DNA of 64,000 bases from Candidatus Zixiibacteriota bacterium (GCA_020051695.1 JAGVQM010000012.1:6361-70360); one strand, 5' to 3'; shown: positions 29,590 to 39,401, counted from the stretch's first letter. Numbers and translations are program-made. The notes: a model not told the origin generated them from the letters alone.

Positions 29590-32388
29590 CTATTTCGCCT
29601 CCAGCCAGTTTTCACCGACACCAATATCGACGGTCAGCGGCACTGCCAACTGCACCGTACGCTCCATCCGGTCCCGTACCATTGCCGACAGCCACTCGAG
29701 TTCAGCCGGATGAACATCAAACACTAGTTCGTCGTGGACCTGCAGGACCATCATTGATTGCCTGCCGGTCAGTTCCATGGCGATTTCGACCATGGCCTTC
29801 TTGATGATGTCGGCAGCGGTCCCCTGCAGGGGCGTATTAACCGCGATGCGTTCGGCAAACTCCCGGCGCTGGCGGTTGTCCGAGCGGATCTCCGGCAATG
29901 AACGCCGTCGACCAAACAACGTCGTCACGTACCCGTCTTCGCGGGCTTGCGCAATGGCCGAATCAATGAAATCGCGCACCCGGGGATACCGCCGGAAATA
30001 AGTGTCGATAAAATCCTTCGCCTCGCGCACAGTCATGTCCGTCTGCTGCGACAGCCCGAAAGCCGACAGCCCGTAAATGATCCCAAAATTCGCCGATTTG
30101 GCCCAGCGGCGCCGTTCGGCGTCGACCGCCTCCACCGGAACGCCGAAAATATCGGAGGCGGTCTTGGCGTGGATATCCTCGCCGTTAATGAATGCCGTGC
30201 ACAAAGTCGGGTCACCGGAGAAATGAGCCATCAACCGCAGCTCGATCTGCGAATAATCGGCCACCAGCAGGGTATGCCCCGGTTTGGGGATAAACGCGCG
30301 CCGGACTTTTTGCCCGTCGGGCGTGCGGATCGGAATATTCTGCAGGTTCGGATCAGACGAGGACAACCGCCCGGTCGCCGCCACGGCCTGATTAAACGAC
30401 GTATGCACTCGTCCGGTGCGCGCACTGACTAATTTGACCAGCGCATCGACGTATGTGGATTTCAACTTGCTCACGCCGCGATATTCGAGGATTAATCCCG
30501 GCAGCGGGTGATGCGCGGCCAGTTTTTCCAGCGTCGAGACATCAGTGGCGCGCTGGGCCGTGCGGGCGGTCTTGCGTGCAGAGTGGAGATTCAGCTTGTC
30601 AAAGAGAATTTTCGCCAACTGCTGCGTGGAATTGATATTAAACTCCTCCCCCGCGGTCTCATATATTTTCCGTGTCAGCGCGGTAAGTTTCCGCTGCCAG
30701 GCGGCCGAGAGTTTTTTCAAATAGGGCACATCGACGGACACGCCGTCATATTCCATGCGGGCCAGGACCGGGACCAGCGGCATTTCCACTGTATCGAACA
30801 GTGTTTCCAAACCGGCCGGTTTCAGCTTCGGACGTAACGCCCCGGCCAGGCGCAGGGTGAAATCGGCGTCTTCCGCGGCATAATGGGTCGCGGCCTTGAT
30901 GTCGACTTCGGCGAAACTGCGCTGTTGGGGGCCGCTGCCGATCAACTCGCTGATCGGCTGCATGTCATAGTCCAAGTATTTTTTAGCCAGCGCATCCAGC
31001 GAGTGCCCCCGGGCGGAGGGATTCAACACATACGAGGCCAGCATGGGATCAAAGACCAAGCCACACAGGACAATGCCATAGGTGAAAAAAATCTGCCAGT
31101 CATATTTGCCATTTTGCCCGACCAGTTGCGGGCGCTCATTTTCCAATAACGGCCTAAGAATGGCCAGCGCCCGCTCACGATCGAGGTTGCCTGCACTGTC
31201 GCTGTGCCCTACCGGAATATACCAGGCCTCGCCGGGGGCTGCGCAAATTGAAATGCCGACCAGTTCGGCTTCGATGGGATTTAATGATGTCGTTTCGGTG
31301 TCCACCGCCAGCAGCGGGGCTTTTTGCCAAACAGCGGCCAATCGCGCCAATTCATCCAGAGTAGCAACAGTGTGATATTTCCCCGCCGTGGCTGCCGGAG
31401 GTTCCTGGCCGGCCGGCGGTTTGGCCGGAGCCGTGTCGATCTGCCGCCACAGGGAAGTGAATTCCAATTCCAGAAACAACTTTCGCGTGGCGGTGGAATT
31501 CAATGGTTGGACCGCATACGCCGTGACGTCAAGGGCAAGGGGCACATCCCGCTTGATTGTCACCAGTTCGCGGGACAGACGCGCCATGTCGGCATGTTCG
31601 GTCAGCCGTTCCCGGAGTTTTTTGCCGGGCGCGGCCGCGGCATGAGCCAGGACAGATTCAAGATCACCGAATTTCCGCACCAGTGATACCGCGGTCTTGG
31701 GCCCGACGCCGGGGATACCGGGGACATTGTCCGAGGTATCCCCCGCCAGTCCGAGGACATCGATGACCTGCTGCGGCGGCACCCCGAATTTTTCCTCGAC
31801 GCCTGCCGGATCAAGCCGCTCGATGTTTTCCACACCACTCGTGCGGCGCCAATTCAATATCGTAACCCGTTCGGTGACCAGTTGCATGAAATCTTTGTCG
31901 CCGGTAACCATGACCGCATCGATGCCCCCGGCCTCGGCCTGAACCGCCAGGGTGGCGATGACATCATCCGCCTCGTACCCTGGCATTTCGACCAGCGGGC
32001 AACCCAGTGTGGTGATGAGTTCGCGGACGCGGGGCAGTTGTGCAACCATCTCCTCGGGCATCTTGTCGCGCGTGGCCTTGTATGCCGGAAACATCTTATG
32101 CCGGAATGTCGGGTGCGGGGTATCGAAAACGCACACCCAATAATCGGGGCGTTCCTCGCGAAACAATTTGAGCATGGTGTTGGCCACGCCGAACGCCGCG
32201 GAGGTGTTTTCACCTTTGGAGTTGCGGAGCGGATTGCGGATGAAGGCAAAATAGGCCCGGTAGGCCATGGCCGAGCCGTCGATTAAATACAGTTTCTTTG
32301 CCACCGGTTTTATCTCCCGGTCCAAAGAACGGATTCTTTCATTAAAGGTCAACAGCCAACCGACCCCCGCCGCGAAGGCGGAGGCCAT
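29590..32388 (-). CDS. polA: DNA polymerase I
   Basis: 932 aa with 5'-3' exonuclease, 3'-5' exonuclease and polymerase domains. Motif B region RRAAKAINFGIIYG-like and motif C VADYSQIELRLMAHFS. The ATG at 32388 overlaps the upstream gene's stop (ATGA). An alternative GTG at 32304 is possible. Confidence 0.95.
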   Translation of the reverse strand: MASAFAAGVGWLLTFNERIRSLDREIKPVAKKLYLIDGSAMAYRAYFAFIRNPLRNSKGENTSAAFGVANTMLKLFREERPDYWVCVFDTPHPTFRHKMFPAYKATRDKMPEEMVAQLPRVRELITTLGCPLVEMPGYEADDVIATLAVQAEAGGIDAVMVTGDKDFMQLVTERVTILNWRRTSGVENIERLDPAGVEEKFGVPPQQVIDVLGLAGDTSDNVPGIPGVGPKTAVSLVRKFGDLESVLAHAAAAPGKKLRERLTEHADMARLSRELVTIKRDVPLALDVTAYAVQPLNSTATRKLFLELEFTSLWRQIDTAPAKPPAGQEPPAATAGKYHTVATLDELARLAAVWQKAPLLAVDTETTSLNPIEAELVGISICAAPGEAWYIPVGHSDSAGNLDRERALAILRPLLENERPQLVGQNGKYDWQIFFTYGIVLCGLVFDPMLASYVLNPSARGHSLDALAKKYLDYDMQPISELIGSGPQQRSFAEVDIKAATHYAAEDADFTLRLAGALRPKLKPAGLETLFDTVEMPLVPVLARMEYDGVSVDVPYLKKLSAAWQRKLTALTRKIYETAGEEFNINSTQQLAKILFDKLNLHSARKTARTAQRATDVSTLEKLAAHHPLPGLILEYRGVSKLKSTYVDALVKLVSARTGRVHTSFNQAVAATGRLSSSDPNLQNIPIRTPDGQKVRRAFIPKPGHTLLVADYSQIELRLMAHFSGDPTLCTAFINGEDIHAKTASDIFGVPVEAVDAERRRWAKSANFGIIYGLSAFGLSQQTDMTVREAKDFIDTYFRRYPRVRDFIDSAIAQAREDGYVTTLFGRRRSLPEIRSDNRQRREFAERIAVNTPLQGTAADIIKKAMVEIAMELTGRQSMMVLQVHDELVFDVHPAELEWLSAMVRDRMERTVQLAVPLTVDIGVGENWLEAK

Positions 32389-33296
32389 CAGCCCCGGATG
32401 ACTTTGCTGACAATGTCCGAACGCAGGACCATCCCGATCAGCCGTCCCCGGTCGTCAACGACCGGCACGCGGCGGATATTGCGGAACATCATCATCGCCG
32501 CGACCTCGACGATCGGCGTGTCCTCGGTGGTAGTGAATACCTTGCGGGTCATGATCTCGGAAACTTTGATTTCGTCTTCGCGCTTAAGCAGTTCATCGAA
32601 CGGCTCGACCTCGGGATTGAACGACATATTCTCGATCAGGGTCTCATAGTCGGGCAGCGCGGCCTTGATCAGGTGTTTTTCGGAGATGATGCCAATGAGG
32701 ATTTTATCATTGTCCACGACCGGGACACCGGAGACCTTATGGCGGTAAAAAATATTGGCGGCATCCTTCAGGGTGGATTCGGGCATTGTGTAAAAGACAT
32801 TTCGATGCATGATATCGCGGACTGTCAACTGCTTTTTGACCGTCAGGCCGGACTCCCAGATAACCCGGATAATCGCCTCGGCGTCGGGCTGGGCGACCAG
32901 ATTTTCGATATTCCCCGGTTCACGGGCGAACGCGGCAAAGGCCGAAAGGGTCTGCAAATATAACTGTGCAATATTACGCGGGGTCAGCAACAGACAAACG
33001 GCATGCAACCGCATATGATCCGGGGTGGCCGAATCAATCCCCCGGCGGGTCACCCCCAGGGCCACGTACATGCGCGAGACGGCGTCGGTGCGCGCATGCG
33101 GGAAAGCAATGCCGTGGCCGTAGGATGTGTTTTCCAAGTCTTCCCGTTCATTGATGGCGCGGGTCAAGGCGTGGCGGTCCAGGTGCGGATGGTGTTGAAT
33201 TACTCGATCAAGTATTTCCTCGATGGCCTCAAATTTCGTCTTGGCCCGCATGTCGGTCACCACCAGTTGCGGGTCCAAAAGTGCGGCGAGTCTCAC
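32388..33296 (-). CDS. PTS EIIA(Ntr)-type domain fused to a tandem CBS pair
   Basis: The N-terminus resembles EIIA-Ntr (VRLAALLDPQLVVTDMRAKTKFEAIEEIL) with the phospho-His block GHGIAFPHAR. Two CBS domains follow (VRDIMHRNVFYT...; VSEIMTRKVFTT...). The GTG start at 33296 overlaps the TGA of the upstream DUF502 gene (GTGA). Confidence 0.7.
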   Translation of the reverse strand: MRLAALLDPQLVVTDMRAKTKFEAIEEILDRVIQHHPHLDRHALTRAINEREDLENTSYGHGIAFPHARTDAVSRMYVALGVTRRGIDSATPDHMRLHAVCLLLTPRNIAQLYLQTLSAFAAFAREPGNIENLVAQPDAEAIIRVIWESGLTVKKQLTVRDIMHRNVFYTMPESTLKDAANIFYRHKVSGVPVVDNDKILIGIISEKHLIKAALPDYETLIENMSFNPEVEPFDELLKREDEIKVSEIMTRKVFTTTEDTPIVEVAAMMMFRNIRRVPVVDDRGRLIGMVLRSDIVSKVIRG

Positions 33297-33970
33297 CGGG
33301 CAAACTCCTTCACGGGTTCCAGCTCCCGCCCCGCCGACCGGCACCGGATTTCTTGCGGCGTGGCGATCCCTCCGGACATCAATATCTTGACTGCTTCCTC
33401 AATTGTCAACTCAGTCGGGATAACATCTTCACGGGGGACTACGACCATCCAGCCGGTCACCGGGGTCGGGGTGGACGGCACAAACACGGTCAGATATTCG
33501 GCCCGGGTCCCGCTGCTCGCCAGGATGACCCTCGACGAGGCAAAAGCCACGGACAGGATCCCTTTGCGCGGGTATTCGATGAATACCACCTGGTCAAACA
33601 TCTTTTTCTGCGGCAGGGTGAAGGCCCCCACCAGTTGTTTGACCGCCGAGTAAATGGCACGGACCAGCGGGGTGCGGATAAACAGCACTTCGCCCAGGGC
33701 ATACAACCGGGTGCCGAACGTACTGTATTGGGTCAGGATCCCGGCCAGAATGATCAATGACACTGTGCCCACCAAACCCATGCCGGGAACGGAATACCCC
33801 AAAACGCGCGCCAGAAGCGGAGAAAGCAGGCCGTCGACTTTTTGGAATAGGAAATACAGGACGTACAGCGTGACCACCACCGGGACAGTGATCAGCACTC
33901 CGCTCAGGAAATGCCGCCGCACGGTGGCCAGAAACAGCCGCCCAAACGATTTTTTCTCTCCGGCATCCAT
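33293..33970 (-). CDS. DUF502 (COG2928) membrane protein
   Basis: Two N-terminal TM helices plus the conserved PLVRAIYSAVKQLV block. Confidence 0.7.
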   Translation of the reverse strand: MDAGEKKSFGRLFLATVRRHFLSGVLITVPVVVTLYVLYFLFQKVDGLLSPLLARVLGYSVPGMGLVGTVSLIILAGILTQYSTFGTRLYALGEVLFIRTPLVRAIYSAVKQLVGAFTLPQKKMFDQVVFIEYPRKGILSVAFASSRVILASSGTRAEYLTVFVPSTPTPVTGWMVVVPREDVIPTELTIEEAVKILMSGGIATPQEIRCRSAGRELEPVKEFAR

Positions 33971-34104
33971 TCCGAGAAGCCATCCCTTCCCTATTTATGT
34001 CGGTAGCAGCTACGGAGATTCAAGCCCGGCGTGGGGCTACTCCGGGCACACGATGGCCGGCGGGGGTGGATGCGAAAGAAATGTGAGAAAAACAGGAAGA
34101 AAAG

Positions 34105-34178
<74 letters not shown>

Positions 34179-34623
34179 ACAATTATGTTTGTGCTACGCT
34201 GTTGTCGGTCTGTTTATTTGCCTTACTAACTCAAACAGGTTCAACACATTCCAACAACAGGGACCGCATGTTTCCCGCGCTTTGCTGCCCGGCCCCCAAC
34301 TCAAACCCGCCGCATAGTATATTCCGGCGGGGCGCAAGTCAACGACAAAGCCCGACAAGACGGCAAAAAACACGGATTACGCGACAAGTTACCCGTGGCA
34401 CGGGCATCTTCCGCCAAAGGCGGACAAGCGCCCGTGCACGGGCCCCGGCACTTGTCCGCCTGAGGCGGGAAGGCCGGGGCCACGTAAACTGCGCCACCGA
34501 GAATTCCTTCCCGGCGGGACCGAAAAGTCTGTCACCCCGGCCTCCGAGCCGGGGTCCAGTCGTTTTGTGGGCGGCAGATGTCCACGTTGCCGCAAAGTCG
34601 AGCAAACACTATCGTCGATGCTG

Positions 34624-34645
34624 GGGCACATGTGGATCCGCCGTG
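34624..34645. repeat. 22-bp direct repeat, copy 1 (GGGCACATGTGGATCCGCCGTG), upstream of the FG-GAP gene
   Basis: Exact 22-mer shared with 36858..36879. Flanking bases are also similar (gcNtgg before, NcggaN after). It lies about 110 nt upstream of the start at 34755 and just upstream of a TTGATA-N17-ATATTG promoter-like element. Confidence 0.8.
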
Positions 34646-34754
34646 GCGGACCGCCCACGAGCCCCGATTTTTATTGATAAATCCGCCGCTTTGGGTATAT
34701 TGTTTTTGCAAACAGGTTTACTATCCAACTCACCCTCAACTCGGGGGAGGGGAT

Positions 34755-36845
34755 ATGAAAGGCACGATTCGCTTACTGGCCGGGGGGCGAGTGGCAGGAA
34801 TGAATGCAATCTTCGTTTTTGTTGTAACTTCTTTGGCATTGGCTCAACCGGCTCCACAGATCGTTTCCACCTTACCAGCGCAGAATGCATTGAATGTGGC
34901 GGCAAGTGCCCATATATCGGTGACATTCGATATCGACATGGATGAAGCAACGATCAATAATGCGACATTTATGGTATCGACCATGGTAACCGGAATTCGC
35001 TACGGTATCTTTAGTTATGATATTCTTTCCAAGACCGTGATTTACAATCCAGTCAGTGATTTTGCCGTAGGCGATCTAGTCACCGTCACTCTCACGAAAG
35101 GGATTAAATCGTCCTTAGGGCTTTCTATGGAAGAAGGTTACACATGGTCGTTTACTACAGAAGTATATGGTGGCACAGCGACTTTCGGATCGCCTGCCAC
35201 ATATTATGCTGGAATGCGACCAACATCTCTAGTCGCAGCCGACTTTGATAACGACGGTGACGTCGATATTGCTACTGCCGATTCTTATGCTGATCATGTT
35301 TCGGTATTCTCGAATAATGGTAGCGGCAACTTAGGTAATGCAATTAATTATTCAGTTGGAGATGAACCATTATCTATTGCCAGTGGAGATATTGACCTTG
35401 ATGGGTTTATTGATTTGGTTGCCGGTAACCTTCGATCGAGCAACAGCTCGGTATTATCAAATAATGGAGATGGGTCATTTGCTTCCGGGGCTGCCTATCC
35501 TTCTTCCCTCGGGGGGCCGTTATCCGTAAATCTTGTCGATTGCTCTGGAGACGGCTACCCCGATCTAATCGTATCGACAAATGGAAATTATGTTACTGTG
35601 CGATTAAATAATGGCGCGGGAACATTTGGCGATGAGACATCATACAACGTGGGAAGCCGTGCCGATGCTGTCTTTGCAGGTGACTATGATTTGGATGCCG
35701 ATCTCGATCTTGCGGTCGCGCTTATCCACAATGACTGCGTATGCATACTTTTGAATAATGGGAATGGCACATATGATATAACAGGGAATTATATCGTGGG
35801 TGATTATCCCGAGTATATACATGGTGCCGATTATGACAATGACGGTGACATTGATTTAGCGGTTCCGAATCCCGGTTTTGACCATCACATTTCAGTATTG
35901 TTGAATGATGGCGATGCCACGTTTGCTCCCTGCGTGAAGTATGAGGTTGGAGGATGGCCAACAGGTGTATATTCGGCTGACGTTGATGCCGATGGTTATA
36001 TAGATTTGGTGTCGGCAAACCGCAATGGCAATAACTTATCAGTTCTTCTAAACTCAGGAGATGGTACTTTTGATGCGGCGGTCGGTTATCCTACCAACGA
36101 TGGCCCTAATGCCGTGGTAGCCGCCGACTTAAACGGCGATGGTGCATTAGACTTGGTTGCAACGAATTGGCCTGAAGATAGCCAGTCAAATTTGGTTTCT
36201 GTCCTTTTGCAGTATTTCGTTTGTGTTGATTCCGACGGCGATTATCTGGGTGATCCCGGACATCCTGAAAACGATTGCCCGGGGGACAATTGTCCTTATG
36301 TGTGGAATCGGGATCAAGAGGACTCCGACGATGACGGCATCGGCGACAGTTGTGATGCCTGCACTGATACCGACGGCGATGAATATGGTGATCCCGTTTA
36401 TCCAGCCAATACTTGCGAAATAGATAATTGCCCCTTTATCAGCAATCCTGACCAGATCGATACTGACGGGGACGGTTCTGGTGATTTATGCGACGATGAT
36501 GATGACGATGACGGACTTGATGATTTATCAGATAATTGTCCTCTGTCCCCGAATCCCGATCAGGCCGACAACGACGCCGACGGTATCGGCAATGCCTGCG
36601 ATCCCTGCGACTGCACGTACTTCGGCGATCTCGACTTAAATGGCATGATCACGCCATTGGATGTTACCATCATAGTCAACCACGTCTACCGGCAACTTGA
36701 TTCTCGATCACCAATTCCGACAACCTGCCCACGGGACAACGGCGATTGGGATTGTTTCGGCGGGATTAATCCGACCGACGTCGCCTGGTATGTGAATTAC
36801 GTCTACCGGCAAAAGGGCGACGGCCCGTGCAACCCCTGCAACTGA
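34755..36845 (+). CDS. secreted FG-GAP/VCBS-repeat protein with thrombospondin-type-3 Ca-binding repeats and a C-terminal Cys-rich dockerin-like module
   Basis: GGGAGGGG RBS followed by ATG at 34755, then a signal peptide. Multiple FG-GAP repeats ([41 protein letters not shown] and others). TSP3-type DxDxDGxGDxCD repeats. The C-terminus is [31 protein letters not shown]...[39 protein letters not shown]. Confidence 0.75.
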   Translation: MKGTIRLLAGGRVAGMNAIFVFVVTSLALAQPAPQIVSTLPAQNALNVAASAHISVTFDIDMDEATINNATFMVSTMVTGIRYGIFSYDILSKTVIYNPVSDFAVGDLVTVTLTKGIKSSLGLSMEEGYTWSFTTEVYGGTATFGSPATYYAGMRPTSLVAADFDNDGDVDIATADSYADHVSVFSNNGSGNLGNAINYSVGDEPLSIASGDIDLDGFIDLVAGNLRSSNSSVLSNNGDGSFASGAAYPSSLGGPLSVNLVDCSGDGYPDLIVSTNGNYVTVRLNNGAGTFGDETSYNVGSRADAVFAGDYDLDADLDLAVALIHNDCVCILLNNGNGTYDITGNYIVGDYPEYIHGADYDNDGDIDLAVPNPGFDHHISVLLNDGDATFAPCVKYEVGGWPTGVYSADVDADGYIDLVSANRNGNNLSVLLNSGDGTFDAAVGYPTNDGPNAVVAADLNGDGALDLVATNWPEDSQSNLVSVLLQYFVCVDSDGDYLGDPGHPENDCPGDNCPYVWNRDQEDSDDDGIGDSCDACTDTDGDEYGDPVYPANTCEIDNCPFISNPDQIDTDGDGSGDLCDDDDDDDGLDDLSDNCPLSPNPDQADNDADGIGNACDPCDCTYFGDLDLNGMITPLDVTIIVNHVYRQLDSRSPIPTTCPRDNGDWDCFGGINPTDVAWYVNYVYRQKGDGPCNPCN

Positions 36846-36857
36846 TACTTGTGGCAT

Positions 36858-36879
36858 GGGCACATGTGGATCCGCCGTG
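36858..36879. repeat. 22-bp direct repeat, copy 2, immediately downstream of the FG-GAP gene and upstream of cutA
   Basis: Exact match to 34624..34645. It starts 13 nt after the FG-GAP stop and about 130 nt before the cutA start. Confidence 0.8.
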
Positions 36880-37008
36880 ACGGAGTGGGGTACCGATATC
36901 GCGCAATGGCATCATCAGCTTGTGAGATTGCTTCGTCCCGCTCAAAAGCAGGACTCGCAATGACGATTTTTTAACTTTTTCGACAATCCCGGAGGCGGGC
37001 ATCCAATT

Positions 37009-37335
37009 ATGCAATACGATCATGTGCTGGTCCTGACTACCTGCGCCTCGGAGGACCAGGCGGCCCAAATTGCCGAGGCACTGGTTACAACCAACGCCGC
37101 CGCCTGCTGTAATATTATTAAGGATGTGCGCTCGCTGTTTATCTGGCAGGGGAAACTGGAAGATGACCGGGAAGTATTACTGTTGACAAAAACAACGACC
37201 GCGTCATTCCCCAAAGTCCGCGACACAATATTGAAACTGCACTCCTACGACGTCGCGGAGATCATCGCCGTACCGATCGTTGACGGTTCGGATGATTACC
37301 TGAGGTGGGTCAAAGAACAAACATCGAAAAAGTAG
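37009..37335 (+). CDS. cutA: divalent-cation tolerance protein CutA
   Basis: 108 aa with a full-length CutA1 fold pattern (YDHVLVLTTCASEDQAAQIAEALV...CCNIIKDVRSLFIWQGK...SYDVAEIIAVPIVDGSDDYLRWV). GGAGG RBS. Confidence 0.85.
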   Translation: MQYDHVLVLTTCASEDQAAQIAEALVTTNAAACCNIIKDVRSLFIWQGKLEDDREVLLLTKTTTASFPKVRDTILKLHSYDVAEIIAVPIVDGSDDYLRWVKEQTSKK

Positions 37336-37410
37336 GTCGGGTTCCGGAGTCACCCGCCTCGGCGGGGGACGGAGAAACCCGACAAGGGTTGACAACGATC
37401 ACAAAAATGA

Positions 37411-37437
37411 AAAGGTGGGTGCGAAGCACCCACCCCT
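37411..37437. terminator. bidirectional terminator between convergent cutA and the dockerin-like secreted protein gene
   Basis: Hairpin GGTGGGTGC-gaa-GCACCCACC, with an A-run on one side and a T-rich stretch on the other. A second hairpin (GTCGGGTT...AACCCGAC) lies at 37341-37388. Confidence 0.6.
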
Positions 37438-37457
37438 GCGGTACAGCGTATTCGGCA

Positions 37458-38261
37458 TCAATCGATACATCCCTCGCACAGCGCATCCTGCCCCTTATAG
37501 ATGTATTGGACCAGAAATTGCACATCGAGGGGATTGAACGAGCCATCGCAGTTGACATCACCTTTAAGATATGGGCATAACGGCCGATCGGGGAGGTATT
37601 GTAATACTGCTCTGATCATCCCCCAGACAGCCCAGCTCACATCCACCGGATTGGCCACGCCGTCATGATTGATGTCTCCCTTGACGAAGCAATCACACGC
37701 ACAAACTTCTATGATGCCCTTGGTGAAAACGGCCTCACCGGTGCCGAGCGGCCCATGGTCCACCGGCGGGAATTCATCATCGATCATCATGATCGCGCCG
37801 GCGCCGCTGGGGAACGCTGCGGTATCAAACACGAATCGCCCAACGGACATGGCGATATCAAAATCCAACCGGAGCCGTTGATACGCGAAGGAAACGGCGT
37901 TCAAGGGTTGCATGATGATCTGAAAATACTCGGGGGAAGAACCGTCGTACACTGTGCATAATTCCTTTTGCGTAGCTTCTCCCGTATTGTAGATCCATGT
38001 CACGCCGTTTTCGGTTCCCTGGCAGTAAACCGGCTTATCCCCGGCCCAAAATGCACCGCCCAATTCGCTGCGCACGACAATTGGAATCGTCAAAGCGGAC
38101 AACTCGGTTGTATTGGCAACCTTAACCCACACCGACACGTCCTGCTTACCGTAAAATACACTATCACTGGTGAATTCAACTCCCCACCAGGCAAAGGCAC
38201 TGGTGGAGCTTAACAAGAACACGAAAACAGTACCCACCATACGTAATTTCATCTCCCTCAT
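37458..38261 (-). CDS. secreted protein with C-terminal Cys-rich dockerin-like module
   Basis: The RBS GGAGGAGGAGG precedes the ATG at 38261 (MREMKLRMVGTVFVFLLSSTSAFA signal peptide). The C-terminal ~80 aa are CACDCFVKGDINHDGVANPVDVSWAVWGMIRAV...CPYLKGDVNCDGSFNPLDVQFLVQYIYKGQDALCEGCID. This is the same module as the C-terminus of the FG-GAP protein. Confidence 0.6.
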   Translation of the reverse strand: MREMKLRMVGTVFVFLLSSTSAFAWWGVEFTSDSVFYGKQDVSVWVKVANTTELSALTIPIVVRSELGGAFWAGDKPVYCQGTENGVTWIYNTGEATQKELCTVYDGSSPEYFQIIMQPLNAVSFAYQRLRLDFDIAMSVGRFVFDTAAFPSGAGAIMMIDDEFPPVDHGPLGTGEAVFTKGIIEVCACDCFVKGDINHDGVANPVDVSWAVWGMIRAVLQYLPDRPLCPYLKGDVNCDGSFNPLDVQFLVQYIYKGQDALCEGCID

Positions 38262-38570
38262 ACTCCTAACCTCCTCCTCCCAAAAACATATCGGCGTTAC
38301 GCGTTTCCGTTGTCCGCCTGAAAACTCAATCGACTCACCATCATACGCTGCAAGGGCCGTCACACCCTTATCATCACCACGAATGCGGAGATCACCCACG
38401 CATTCGGACTATTGACTAACGCAATCTTTGCTAATAAGATACCATGCGCCGGGGCGGTGTCAAGTCGCAAACACGAAGAAAAAACGGATAATCAACCGTC
38501 GATTACGAATATCGCAGTAATTTACTATGATTATTAATACTCGATCCAATCATCATTTATGCCCCGATGC

Positions 38571-39401
38571 TTATGGGCACGAAATAATCACCGTCGCCTC
38601 GGCGATCAGACTGTCGACTTCCCCGCCTAAATCTTGAATATTCCCGTCATCCCACAAGCGGACAGTATATCCACCGGGCGCCAGACCGGCAACCTGTGCG
38701 GAGACATTGAAATAACACATGCAGCGCAGCCAGGCCGATGACGTATCAGTTTCGGTAAACGTCAGAATGGTACCGTCCTGCTCGAAAGCAAAGGCAAGCA
38801 CCGCACCACAGTTGGCGAACAGGGCATCGTGATAGACCGTGAGCGTATCGCAGTTCGTTTCAAACCGGATATGCCCGCCCCCCGGGACCGTGAGTTCTGC
38901 CTCGCCCAGCAGAAACTCGCGGTTTGCGGTCCACAGCCGGGCGGTGTACGTCCCCGGTCCAATATTTGCCGCTGAGGTCTGCACATTGAAATAGCACAGG
39001 CAATCGCACTCCAACCCGGTATCAGCCTCGATGAAATCCAAAAATTCGCCGTCCTGCCACAATGAGAAGTCGAACAGCGCGCAACATTGGTAAAACGCCG
39101 AATCGTGATATACATATACCGTATCCTGGCCTACAGCAAACCGCACCGTCCCGCCGGGGCCGGCGGTTACGCCCGTTGTTTTCGGCAAGCCACCCAAACA
39201 CCCGCTGCTTTGGACATCGACGATGTAAGGATTCTGTGGGGAGTGGGCCGGACGATAAGTAATTTCGCTGCCGTCGAGACAGCCGCTTTGCCGGGAGGTC
39301 AGGACAGGTTGTCCCGGGCTTGACGTTGAATCGCCACAACTCAACACCAGGGCCGGACAGAGGACTACACACGCGATGTGGAATATATTTTTCACGGTCA
39401 T
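38571..39401 (-). CDS. lipoprotein with two internal ~110-aa tandem repeats
   Basis: Lipobox LVLSCGDS. Two homologous halves are VYHDSAFYQCCALFDFSLWQDGEFLDFIEADTGLECDCLCYFNVQTSAANIGPGTYTARLW and VYHDALFANCGAVLAFAFEQDGTILTFTETDTSSAWLRCMCYFNVSAQVAGLAPGGYTVRLW. Confidence 0.55.
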   Translation of the reverse strand: MTVKNIFHIACVVLCPALVLSCGDSTSSPGQPVLTSRQSGCLDGSEITYRPAHSPQNPYIVDVQSSGCLGGLPKTTGVTAGPGGTVRFAVGQDTVYVYHDSAFYQCCALFDFSLWQDGEFLDFIEADTGLECDCLCYFNVQTSAANIGPGTYTARLWTANREFLLGEAELTVPGGGHIRFETNCDTLTVYHDALFANCGAVLAFAFEQDGTILTFTETDTSSAWLRCMCYFNVSAQVAGLAPGGYTVRLWDDGNIQDLGGEVDSLIAEATVIISCP

